Shown piece by piece: positions 8,758 to 17,850 of a stretch of 64,000 nt of DNA. Position 1 is the stretch's first letter; each line of letters opens with the position of its first letter. This DNA is from Hyphomonas sp. (lineage in GTDB: Bacteria; Pseudomonadota; Alphaproteobacteria; Caulobacterales; Hyphomonadaceae), in the NCBI GenBank assembly GCA_041752715.1, contig JBGSVY010000252.1, forward strand, positions 2,960 through 66,959, given 5' to 3'. The notes below the pieces were generated by a model, which was not told the origin of the DNA, did not search any database, and saw only the letters and a list, made by a program, of their open reading frames with translations. Made by a program: the position numbers and the translations under genes.

Positions 8758-10788
8758 TCAAAGACCGCCAGGACCGCAATCGGTTTTCAAGAAGCTCTCG
8801 ATAGCCGAAAGAGACTGGCGATGATGTGTCGGCCACCACGGCAGACTATGGGGCATATCAGAGATCTGAACGAACTTTGCCGGGACCTTCTTCCGAACGG
8901 CCTCGTAGAAGTCCTTACCGTGGAAGAGCGGAACCCTGACGTCACGGTCCCCATGATAGACGAGGATCGGGATGTTTGCCTTGCTCGTGTTGGCCGCAGG
9001 GTCCATGCCCGTCACTGTCTTGCCCTGGATCGCACGTTGCAAACGGCTGTCACTCCAGTTGTTACCTAGCCTTGCCAGATTTGAGACGCCGGCACCGGCG
9101 ATGGCGCACTGGAAGGGGCCATTCTCACGGACGGTTGCCGCCATGGCGGCAAACCCGCCATATGAATAGCCGAAAATGGCCAACCGATCAGGCGCGGCAT
9201 AACCTTGCGCAACGAGCCAGGCTGCGCCGTCATCCTTATCGTCCTGCATTTTTTGACCCCATTCGGCGTCGCCGGCGAGCCAAAGTTTGCGACCGAAGCC
9301 CTGGCTTCCGCGATACTGTGGCTGAAGGACAGCATAACCACGCGTGGCAAGGAATTGCGTCCAGCCCGTGGCGTCCCAACCGCTGGTATCCCGCGACCAG
9401 GGCCCACCGTGTGGCAAGACAATCGCGGGAAGTGGTCCATCTTCCTTCTTCCAATCTTTGGGGAGTGTCAGGAAGGCAGGAATCTCGAGACCATCACGCG
9501 CCGCGTACTTGATGAATTCGGTCTTCCGAAGGGCCGTTGAGTCCAGCCATGGCCGCGACGCGCCAAGCAGAGCGACTTTCGAACGATCCGCAAGCACATA
9601 GTAAACGGGCGGGTTCGCTGAACTCCACGTCGAAAAGAGCACGCGCGAGAAATCTTCGTTATAGTCAAGAATGGAGACTTCAACATCGCTGAAGGCCGCG
9701 TCCAGACCTTCATAGATGCCGCGAACTTCCGGATTCACGTAATAGCGCTCGCGACCCGTTGGCCCTTCAATCGCAAACCCAACGAGCGAGTTGAAATCTT
9801 CCCTCCGTGAGCTGAGGATCACACCCCCAACCGAGAACCCTTCCACCTTGAAGAGTGGCTCGGCGTCGAAACTCTGGGAGCGCATGTCGTAGAGATAAAC
9901 TTCCGCAAAGTCGGCAAATTTGTCTGTCACGACGTAATACTTGCCTGTCGCGTCATCGATCCCTTCAATATTGACCGAGAAGCGCGTCGACGCCTTTGAC
10001 GACAACCCGGTCGCCAGTTCCAATTTTCCTGATGCAGGGTTCCAAAGCTGGTATTCGATATCGTAATCGCCCGACCCGTCTGCTTCAATTCGCTGCGCGA
10101 CGCGTTGTTCGGAGGTTCGCGGATCAAGACCAACCGTGCGCCATTCGCCGCCCGGCCGGAACAGCAACTCTTCTGTATCGGTTTTGATGTTGTAACGGAG
10201 CACGCGCGATCCATCCGCTCCGCCACGCGTGATCACGATATGATCGTCATCAAGCGGGAGGGTCTGGGTGATCGAGGAGGTTGCAGCCTGCAAACGTTCG
10301 CACTGCTCGACTGCTGCGTTCACGCGCTTCGTGCTGCCTCGCGCGAACATTTCGTCGAACTCTTTGAGCGTCTTGTCAGTCATGTAGAACTTGTTGAGAA
10401 ACGTGCGCTCTGCGCCGGTGGTCTTGCCTTCAAGGCATCCAACGGTCACGCCCGTCCAAGCCTGTCGGCCAACGACCTGGATCATCCCGCCCTTCAATGC
10501 ACTCGCACTGACAAGCTTCATGCGGTCATTGCCTGGCGTGATTGCGACAGGAACCAGCGGCTTTGATGGATCGATCGGACCGGAGATATCCCAGCTTGCG
10601 ATCGCGGTGTCTTCGCCGTTGCTTCTAGGATTATGGACTGTCGCAACGATGATGTCGCCCTCCATCGACATCGAGGGCCCGGAAATCGCCGGATACTTTG
10701 CGAGATCCTCAATCGAGATAGGCCCTGCCGAGCCTGTGCTGGCAAAGAGTGCGGCACCCAGGCCCAAAACGGATAACTTGAACTTCAT
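8758..10788 (-). CDS. Secreted S9-family (prolyl oligopeptidase-like) peptidase
   Basis: Signal peptide; LPHGGP, QYRGSQGFG, GYSYGG nucleophile, HGDRDVRV, catalytic His in MPHS. Confidence 0.92.
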   Translation of the reverse strand: MKFKLSVLGLGAALFASTGSAGPISIEDLAKYPAISGPSMSMEGDIIVATVHNPRSNGEDTAIASWDISGPIDPSKPLVPVAITPGNDRMKLVSASALKGGMIQVVGRQAWTGVTVGCLEGKTTGAERTFLNKFYMTDKTLKEFDEMFARGSTKRVNAAVEQCERLQAATSSITQTLPLDDDHIVITRGGADGSRVLRYNIKTDTEELLFRPGGEWRTVGLDPRTSEQRVAQRIEADGSGDYDIEYQLWNPASGKLELATGLSSKASTRFSVNIEGIDDATGKYYVVTDKFADFAEVYLYDMRSQSFDAEPLFKVEGFSVGGVILSSRREDFNSLVGFAIEGPTGRERYYVNPEVRGIYEGLDAAFSDVEVSILDYNEDFSRVLFSTWSSANPPVYYVLADRSKVALLGASRPWLDSTALRKTEFIKYAARDGLEIPAFLTLPKDWKKEDGPLPAIVLPHGGPWSRDTSGWDATGWTQFLATRGYAVLQPQYRGSQGFGRKLWLAGDAEWGQKMQDDKDDGAAWLVAQGYAAPDRLAIFGYSYGGFAAMAATVRENGPFQCAIAGAGVSNLARLGNNWSDSRLQRAIQGKTVTGMDPAANTSKANIPILVYHGDRDVRVPLFHGKDFYEAVRKKVPAKFVQISDMPHSLPWWPTHHRQSLSAIESFLKTDCGPGGL

Positions 10789-11074
10789 ATTTTTTACTCC
10801 CGGACTTCTCTCTCAAGACAAATCGAAGAATGAGGCGCGAAGTCAACCCCATCAAGGCTCGCCGCACCGATCGAGAGTTGGCGCATCGATGACGCTTGCG
10901 TGACGCAAATGACACAGACGTAACATTTCCTACAGCGGCATCGCAGGAAAACGAACGCGGTTCTTGTTCATCACTAAAACGTGTGCATGGTTGAGGGTAA
11001 TAAGCTGTCCGGGGCGGCCAGCGTCAGTGTGAATCTGACAAGTTCCAGTAGATCCAACATTGGGAGTTTCATAG

Positions 11075-14000
11075 ATGAGCAGTTTCCGTTTTACCCGTAG
11101 CCAAATGCTGCGCGGGGTCGCGATCGGCGCGCTATCGCTGACCGGCGCAGCGTTCGCACAAGAGACACCCGTGGAGGAGACGGATGCACCCGTCGAGACG
11201 ACCGCCCCCGCACCGGTGGAAGACGAATCGCGTCAGGAAAAGATCACCGTTACCGGTTCGCTCCTCCAGAAAAGTGATTTCACGTCTGCATCGCCGATAA
11301 CAGTCATCACTTCGGAAATTGCGACCCTCGAAGGCCTGGTCAATTCCTCACAGATCCTTCAGGGCTCCTCGATCGCTGCGGGCTCGACCCAGCTTAACGG
11401 CCAGTTCGGTGGTTTCGTCACAGACGGCGGTATCGGCGTCGAGGGAGTCGACCTTCGTGGTTGCGGCGGCACCCGCTCTCTGGTGCTCCTGAACGGCAAG
11501 CGTCCCGGCCCGTCGGGCACACGCGGCGCCGTTGGCGCGTTCGACTTCAACGTTATCCCAGCTTCAATCGTTCAGCGTTACGACATTCTGCGTGACTCAG
11601 GTTCGACGATTTACGGGTCTGACGCTGTTTGCGGCGTGGTCAACGTCATCACCCGCACCCAGATCGACAAGCCCGAGATCACCGTCAACTACTCCCAGCC
11701 CTTCGAGAGCGGCGGCGAGCAACTCACTGTCTCGGGCGCATTCGGCTTCAATTTCGACGCCGGCTCGATCGCCTTCGCTGCAGAATACTATGATGCCAAG
11801 GAATTGAATGTCGGTGATCGTGATTATCTCTCCTGTCCGGAAGACCTCGCGTACGACACCAATACCGGCGCGCGTCTTGACCGTATCAACCGCTCGATCA
11901 CAGCCGCAGATGACCCGCGTGGCTGCAACCAGGTCTACTTCAATACTGTCATCGATAACGTCACGGGCCAGCGACTCATCCCTTCGCCTGACGGCGTGAC
12001 GCTTGGTACGTCGGTCGGAGGTCTGATTCCCGGCTATCGGCCACGGCGGAACGCCAACTACGGACCAGGTGGGCCGGCTTTCTACGAGGACGTGCTCGTC
12101 GACCCCCGCGCGCTTGAAGTCGATGCCATCAACGCCAACCAGCGGTTTAGCCTTTACGGCGTAGCTGATTTTGACATCTTCGATGGTGTCAATTGGCAGA
12201 CCGAGGCCCTGTACAATCAGCGCGAAACGACGTCGGAAGGCGTCCGCCAGTTCTTCCCGCAGATCCGCGGCCTCGGAACGACACTTGGAGCTGCTTCGAC
12301 GCGCTACGCGCTTAGCCCCACCTACAACAACCCCCTCAATTCGGTGTTCCAGCCAATCACAATCTGGAACAGCGACGCTGGCGTCGACCTCACATACTAC
12401 TATGTGGGAACGACCTTGAGTGGTGACCTCGGCGCGTTTGGTGCCAAGACCTGGGCTTGGGAACTTGGCGGCAATTACTCATATTCTGATGGTGACTACA
12501 GCCGGAACCAGATCGTTGCGAGCCGAACGGGTGATTGGTCACAGTTCGGACCGAACGGAAGCTATGCCCTTCGCCGTGACTCGCAGGGCAACCCGGTCTT
12601 CGATCGTAATGGGTTCGCTCAGGTTACACCAATTGCTGGTTCGGGCGCTGCGCCTGCCTACAACCCAGTGTCGCCAGGGTTCCTTGCAGGTGTCGGCCCC
12701 GATTATGATGCTGCATACAATTCTCTCAACGAGGTCGAAACAGGGAACACAGTCTACGAACAGTACCTGATCCAGGGCACCGTGGCCGGTCCTCTGTTCA
12801 CGTTGCCTGCTGGCGAAGTCCAGGTCGGTCTCGGCTTCGAATACCGCGATTTCTCGATCGAAGACGTGCCGGGTGCGCTTACCTTGGGTGAAGTGATCGA
12901 CGTCACGGACACAGTCACAGGCACCGTTTATCAGGCCCGCGTTGCTGACATCTGGGGCTCATCAACGTCCGGCATCACGGCTGGCGAAGACAACGTGGCA
13001 GAGGTCTTTGCGGAGATCGAAATCCCGTTGCTGAAAGGTCTTCCACTTGTTGAAGACCTGACCTTCAACGCGTCGGCCCGGGCGTTCGAGTACGACTCGT
13101 TCGGTCAGAACGACGTCTACAAGCTAGGTCTGAACTGGCAGATCACGCCATCGATCCGGGCACGCGGCACTTTTGGAACGTCGTACCGCGCTCCGGCGCT
13201 GTTCGAACTCTTCCTCGACGCGCAGACGGCTTTCCTTGGTCAGACTGCGATTGATCCCTGCATCAATCTTGCTGACCAGACCAACCAGAACATCATCGAC
13301 AACTGTACCTCGCTTGGTATTCCGCTGAATTATACCGGTCTGGGTTCGTCGGCGACGGTGATTTCGGGTGGTGGCGCTGGCAACCTCCAGTCCGAAACAT
13401 CGGATGCTGCGACCGTCGGCCTTATCTACACGCCGTCGTTCGTTCCGTTCTCGCTGGCAGTTGATTATTATGAGATCGAGATTGCGGACCAGATTGCCCA
13501 GCTCGGTGCAGCGACCATTCTTGCCGGATGCTATGCGGGTGAGAATTTCCCGAACGAGTTTTGTAACCTGTTCGTGAGGGCCCCTGCTACATCGACAGGT
13601 AATGCTTTCAACATCCTGACGGTCGAAAACTCGTTCCTGAACGTCAACAACCAAACCTTCCGTGGAATCGACGTCACCGCACGGTTCGAGCAGGACTTCA
13701 ACTTTGGCACATTGACGGTGGACGCCGACGCGTCGTGGGCCCTTGAGCGCGAAGTCCAACTCTTCGCACCAGGCACGATCACCGGCTTTGACAATGATGA
13801 TGTCAATGGCACCATCGGTTCGCCAAGCGTCACGGGTAACCTTCGTTCGGTGCTCAAGCGTGGCGACTTCCGCTACACGTGGTTCATGGACTATGTCGGC
13901 TTCACTTCGAACGAGCGCTTCGCGACCCGGCCATTCGGCGTCAACGAGCCTTACTTCGGAACAGTCGCAACCCGTGACTATACGGCCGAAGCGGTCACCT

Positions 14001-14191
14001 ATCACGGCCTGTCGCTCGAATATCGGACCGACAACTGGCGCCTCGTCGGCGGCGTCCGTAACATCTTTGGTGAAGATCCACCAACGATCTCCTCGAGTGC
14101 AGATACCCGCCGCGGCAACACGTCCCTCTCGGCGACACAGTACGACCTTCGTGGCCGCACGGGCTTCGTGACGATCTCGCGCACATTCTAA
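11075..14191 (+). CDS. TonB-dependent receptor
   Basis: Signal peptide, EKITVTGS TonB box, plug motifs (LRG, LVLLNGKR, YGSDAVCGVVNVIT), YRAP, C-terminal Phe. Confidence 0.95.
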   Translation: MSSFRFTRSQMLRGVAIGALSLTGAAFAQETPVEETDAPVETTAPAPVEDESRQEKITVTGSLLQKSDFTSASPITVITSEIATLEGLVNSSQILQGSSIAAGSTQLNGQFGGFVTDGGIGVEGVDLRGCGGTRSLVLLNGKRPGPSGTRGAVGAFDFNVIPASIVQRYDILRDSGSTIYGSDAVCGVVNVITRTQIDKPEITVNYSQPFESGGEQLTVSGAFGFNFDAGSIAFAAEYYDAKELNVGDRDYLSCPEDLAYDTNTGARLDRINRSITAADDPRGCNQVYFNTVIDNVTGQRLIPSPDGVTLGTSVGGLIPGYRPRRNANYGPGGPAFYEDVLVDPRALEVDAINANQRFSLYGVADFDIFDGVNWQTEALYNQRETTSEGVRQFFPQIRGLGTTLGAASTRYALSPTYNNPLNSVFQPITIWNSDAGVDLTYYYVGTTLSGDLGAFGAKTWAWELGGNYSYSDGDYSRNQIVASRTGDWSQFGPNGSYALRRDSQGNPVFDRNGFAQVTPIAGSGAAPAYNPVSPGFLAGVGPDYDAAYNSLNEVETGNTVYEQYLIQGTVAGPLFTLPAGEVQVGLGFEYRDFSIEDVPGALTLGEVIDVTDTVTGTVYQARVADIWGSSTSGITAGEDNVAEVFAEIEIPLLKGLPLVEDLTFNASARAFEYDSFGQNDVYKLGLNWQITPSIRARGTFGTSYRAPALFELFLDAQTAFLGQTAIDPCINLADQTNQNIIDNCTSLGIPLNYTGLGSSATVISGGGAGNLQSETSDAATVGLIYTPSFVPFSLAVDYYEIEIADQIAQLGAATILAGCYAGENFPNEFCNLFVRAPATSTGNAFNILTVENSFLNVNNQTFRGIDVTARFEQDFNFGTLTVDADASWALEREVQLFAPGTITGFDNDDVNGTIGSPSVTGNLRSVLKRGDFRYTWFMDYVGFTSNERFATRPFGVNEPYFGTVATRDYTAEAVTYHGLSLEYRTDNWRLVGGVRNIFGEDPPTISSSADTRRGNTSLSATQYDLRGRTGFVTISRTF

Positions 14192-14215
14192 CAGGCGACA
14201 GGTCTGATATTTCTG

Positions 14216-14246
14216 AGGGCGGCCCGGTGGGCCGCCCTTTCTTTTT
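14216..14246 (+). terminator. Rho-independent terminator after the TonB-dependent receptor
   Basis: AGGGCGGCCC-GGT-GGGCCGCCCT followed by TTCTTTTT. Confidence 0.85.
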
Positions 14247-14306
14247 GTCTCAAAGTCGGAGACGATCGTGCTTGAAACCGGCGATGCAAATCAGGGACAG
14301 ATTCAG

Positions 14307-15563
14307 ATGAGATTTCTAGCAACCGCCTTTGGATTCCTGTTGAGCGCATGCGCAAGTCAACCAGCCAGCCTTGGCAAGGAACGTGAAATGCCGGGACCGG
14401 CCGGCAGCCTGCATCATGGACTGGTCGTTTTCGATAGCCATCTCGACACACCCGCATTGTTCCACGATCCGGCATACACATTCTCTGCACGGGGCAACTT
14501 TGACACCGATGGCAGCCAGGTCGACCTGCCTCGGATGAATGAAGGCGGGCTAGATGGCGGTTTCTGGGTCATTTACACACCGCAGGGTCCACTTGATCCG
14601 CAGTCGTATCAATCCGCGCGCAACGCTGCCATCTTGCGGCAAATTGCGATCCGGGAATTTGCGGCGCGCTATCATGCAGAAGTCGAGCTAGCCTTCTCGG
14701 CCGACGATGCTGACCGGATTGTGGCGAGCGGCAAGAAGGTCGTGTTTCAAAGCATGGAAAATGCTTACCCCTTGGGTGAGGACGTTTCGATGCTTGAGAC
14801 ATTCTACATCGGCGGTTTGCGGATGGTGGCGCCGGCTCATTTCAGCAACAGCCAATTTGCAGACAGCGCGACAGACGTGCGGCCTGCCTACGGTGGTCTC
14901 AGCCCACTTGGTGAAAAGCTCGTGCGTGAAGCAAACCGGCTCGGCATGATCCTTGATGGATCGCATGCGTCGGACGACGCAGTGCGCGACATGCTAGCCC
15001 TCTCGACGACCCCGATCATTCTCTCCCATTCTGGTCCAAAAGCGATATACGATCACCCTCGCAACCTGCCCGGCGACTTACTCAAGGCGATCGCCGAGGA
15101 TGGCGGAGTGATCCAAGTCAACGCACTGGGTGCCTACCTTGAAAAATTGACAGCCTCGCCCGAACGTTTGGGCGCACTCAAGGCGCTCGAGGAAAAGTAT
15201 GGCTCGGACCGCGCCGCCTTGAGCGAGGACCGCCGCAAAGCCTATCAGGCTGAATACGCAGCGGTCGGAAAACAATTTCCTCCCCCTCGCTCTTCATTCG
15301 AGAAATTCATGGAACATCTTCTGTATACGCTCGAACTCGTTGGTCCTGATCATGTCGGTATTGGTGCGGACTGGGATGGCGGCGGCGGGGTCGATGGAAT
15401 GAAGGATATCGCAGACCTGCCCCGCATCACGCAGGCGCTAGTCGCCGCGGGTTACTCAGAGGCAGACCTTCAGAAAATCTGGAGCGGCAACATGATGCGC
15501 CTCATGCGCGCTGCGGAAGCAGCACGGACAGCAACAGTCGCGTCGCCGAACATTCTTAACTAG
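14307..15563 (+). CDS. Membrane dipeptidase (peptidase M19), probable lipoprotein
   Basis: Lipobox LSAC; DSHLD, SHAS, SHSG, HVGIGADWDGG, GNMMR motifs. Confidence 0.92.
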   Translation: MRFLATAFGFLLSACASQPASLGKEREMPGPAGSLHHGLVVFDSHLDTPALFHDPAYTFSARGNFDTDGSQVDLPRMNEGGLDGGFWVIYTPQGPLDPQSYQSARNAAILRQIAIREFAARYHAEVELAFSADDADRIVASGKKVVFQSMENAYPLGEDVSMLETFYIGGLRMVAPAHFSNSQFADSATDVRPAYGGLSPLGEKLVREANRLGMILDGSHASDDAVRDMLALSTTPIILSHSGPKAIYDHPRNLPGDLLKAIAEDGGVIQVNALGAYLEKLTASPERLGALKALEEKYGSDRAALSEDRRKAYQAEYAAVGKQFPPPRSSFEKFMEHLLYTLELVGPDHVGIGADWDGGGGVDGMKDIADLPRITQALVAAGYSEADLQKIWSGNMMRLMRAAEAARTATVASPNILN

Positions 15564-16931
15564 ATGGATGCGGTTGTCGTTGCGCCGCCTCTGGTGGCAC
15601 TTGTTGTCGCGATGTGGACGCGCAATGTGTACGCTGCGTTGGGCCTCGCGATACTTGCGTCCGAGACGCTGCTCGCGGGGTTCAATCCGGCGCTTGGCGC
15701 GCTGGGAAGCGTCGAGCGCGCGGTCGGGGTTTTCAGCGACAGTGGTAATGCCCGGATTCTGGTATTCTGTCTGATCATCGGTGCACTGATTGCATATGTC
15801 CAAGCCGCGGGTGGGTTTGAGAGCATGGTCGGGCTGTTGACCCGATCCGGTTTTGCATCGACGCCACGGCGCGCCGGACTCGTGACCGCTATCGCAGGTG
15901 TGGTTCTGTTCGTCGAAACAAATGTGAGTTTGCTCGCAACTGGCCTGCTTGGGCGGCCGATGTTTGAACGCGTGGGCCTGAGCCGAGCGAGACTTGCGTA
16001 TATTATCGACTCAACTTGCGCGCCGGTGAGCGTCCTGATCCTCTTTAATGGATGGGGCGCCTTTGTTCTGAGTCTACTCGTTGCCAACGGCGTAGAAGCT
16101 CCCCTTGAAGTGCTCCTTGGAACGATCGTGTTGAACGTCTATGCGCTCATGACCATCGCAATTGTCTTCATCACAGTTCTATCAAACCGGACATTCGGAC
16201 CTTTGGCGGCAGCTGACGCGTCAGCCGCGCTGGATCTCTCGCCATCTCTGGCGGCCCCTGCCCGACCTGACACAAAGGGCCGGGCACTCTACTTTGCCGC
16301 CCCTATGTTGGTTCTGGTGATCGGCAGCGTTGGGTTCATGGTCTGGACAGGTGACGGAAATATCCTGCGAGGCTCGGGGTCAAAGGCGATCCTCTGGTCT
16401 GTCGTACTCGCGACAGCGCTCGCTTTCACCTTCCTGGCGCTTGAGCGATCGGCGACCGGCAAGCTCGTTGATATCGGCTTCAAGGGCATGGGCGATCTCT
16501 TGCCGGCGGTCGCGATTATCTTCCTTGCGCTCGCGCTTGGCGACAGCCTCAAGGCGCTTGGCACAGGCCTGTTTCTGTCGAACCTCGCAAAGGAAATGAC
16601 AATACCTGCACTTTTGCCAGCAATCCTCTTTATCGCTGCCGGATTGACTGCATTCACAACCGGCACGAGTTGGGGCACCTATGGAATCCTGATCCCTCTG
16701 GCCATCCCACTCGCCGCCGGTGCGGGTGTACCGCTTCCGTTGGCCGTTGCGGCCGTACTCGGCGGTGGCGTGTTCGGCGATCATTGCTCTCCGATTTCGG
16801 ACACGACCATCATCGCGTCCCTCGCATCAGGGTGTGATCACATCGAGCATGTTCGAACACAACTCCCCTACGCGCTCGTAACCGGTGGACTGTCGATCCT
16901 GATCTACCTTGCCCTGGGTTTCGCGGTCTGA
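15564..16931 (+). CDS. NhaC-family (Na+/H+ antiporter-like) transporter
   Basis: LAYIIDST, AFTTGTSWGT, GGGVFGDHCSPISDTT, HVRTQLPYA; starts immediately after the dipeptidase stop. Confidence 0.88.
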   Translation: MDAVVVAPPLVALVVAMWTRNVYAALGLAILASETLLAGFNPALGALGSVERAVGVFSDSGNARILVFCLIIGALIAYVQAAGGFESMVGLLTRSGFASTPRRAGLVTAIAGVVLFVETNVSLLATGLLGRPMFERVGLSRARLAYIIDSTCAPVSVLILFNGWGAFVLSLLVANGVEAPLEVLLGTIVLNVYALMTIAIVFITVLSNRTFGPLAAADASAALDLSPSLAAPARPDTKGRALYFAAPMLVLVIGSVGFMVWTGDGNILRGSGSKAILWSVVLATALAFTFLALERSATGKLVDIGFKGMGDLLPAVAIIFLALALGDSLKALGTGLFLSNLAKEMTIPALLPAILFIAAGLTAFTTGTSWGTYGILIPLAIPLAAGAGVPLPLAVAAVLGGGVFGDHCSPISDTTIIASLASGCDHIEHVRTQLPYALVTGGLSILIYLALGFAV

Positions 16932-17001
16932 CGTTGCGACAGTCCTAGTAAGACGGCCTTGTTTCAGTGATGAATGGTACTGTGGTCGCTGGAGCCCAAC
17001 C

Positions 17002-17745
17002 ATGAACGCGAACATGTTCGACCTCACCGGAAAAGTCGCACTTGTAACGGGCGGGAGCCGCGGACTTGGGTATCAAATTGTGAAGGCTTTCGCCGCCCAT
17101 GGCGCTGATATCATCATTGCCAGCCGAAAAATTGAGGCGTGCGAGGCGGTTGCAGAGGAAGTGCGCGCGATGGGGCGCACCGCGATGGCACATGCCGCGC
17201 ACTGCGGAAAATGGAGCGATATCGAAGCGCTATTGGCGGCGTCTTACGAGCGGTTCGGCCGCATCGACATTCTCGTGAACAATGCGGGCATGGGTCCGCG
17301 CATGCCAAGCCACGAGGTGAGCGAGAGCCTTTTCGACAGCGTATTCAATCTGAATTTCAAGGGGCCTTTCCGTCTGGCAAGTCAGGCGGCTTACAACATG
17401 GCCCAAGGTGTTGGGGGCACCATCATCAATATCTCCTCATCTGGCAGCCTGATGCCCCTCCCAGAGGTTGTGCCCTACGGGTCGGCAAAGGCGGCACTCA
17501 ACGCGATGAGCGTGTCGCTCGCCCATGAATATGCACCGAAAGTGCGGGTTAACACGATCGCGCCGGGTCCATTTCTTACCGATATCGCGAATGCATGGAC
17601 TCCAGAGGCGCGCGAAACGGCGGACAACGCGCTGCGCCGCCCAGGGTATCCCGCCGAGATCGTCACGGCCGCACTCTACCTCGCGAGCCCTGCTTCGAGT
17701 TTCACGACGAGCGCGCTGTTGCGAGTCGACGGTGGTATGAGCTGA
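17002..17745 (+). CDS. SDR-family oxidoreductase
   Basis: TGGSRGLG, NNAG, YGSAK, RVNTIAPG, VDGG. Confidence 0.93.
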   Translation: MNANMFDLTGKVALVTGGSRGLGYQIVKAFAAHGADIIIASRKIEACEAVAEEVRAMGRTAMAHAAHCGKWSDIEALLAASYERFGRIDILVNNAGMGPRMPSHEVSESLFDSVFNLNFKGPFRLASQAAYNMAQGVGGTIINISSSGSLMPLPEVVPYGSAKAALNAMSVSLAHEYAPKVRVNTIAPGPFLTDIANAWTPEARETADNALRRPGYPAEIVTAALYLASPASSFTTSALLRVDGGMS

Positions 17746-17816
17746 CGAACGCCGCAGCGCGATAACTGGCAATTCATCGAGACAATTCGGAACCTTGCAA
17801 AGCAAGCTATGTTCCC

Positions 17817-17839
17817 ATAATGCTATATTATTACATTAC
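17817..17839 (+). promoter_or_regulatory. Probable Zur (zinc uptake regulator) box
   Basis: AATGCTATATTATTACATT matches the palindromic AATGTTATAnTATAACATT core with 2 mismatches and lies just upstream of a ZnuD-like receptor. Confidence 0.75.
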
Positions 17840-17850
17840 GGAGTTTTGGC

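Noticed and set aside
10950..10970. GAAC/GTTC tetramers upstream of the TonB receptor as a LexA box
   Set aside because: Spacing does not fit GTTC-N7-GTTC
17789..17813. GGAAC-N16-TGTT resembling an ECF (EcfG/SigT) promoter
   Set aside because: Mismatch in the -10 element; too short to be distinguished from chance
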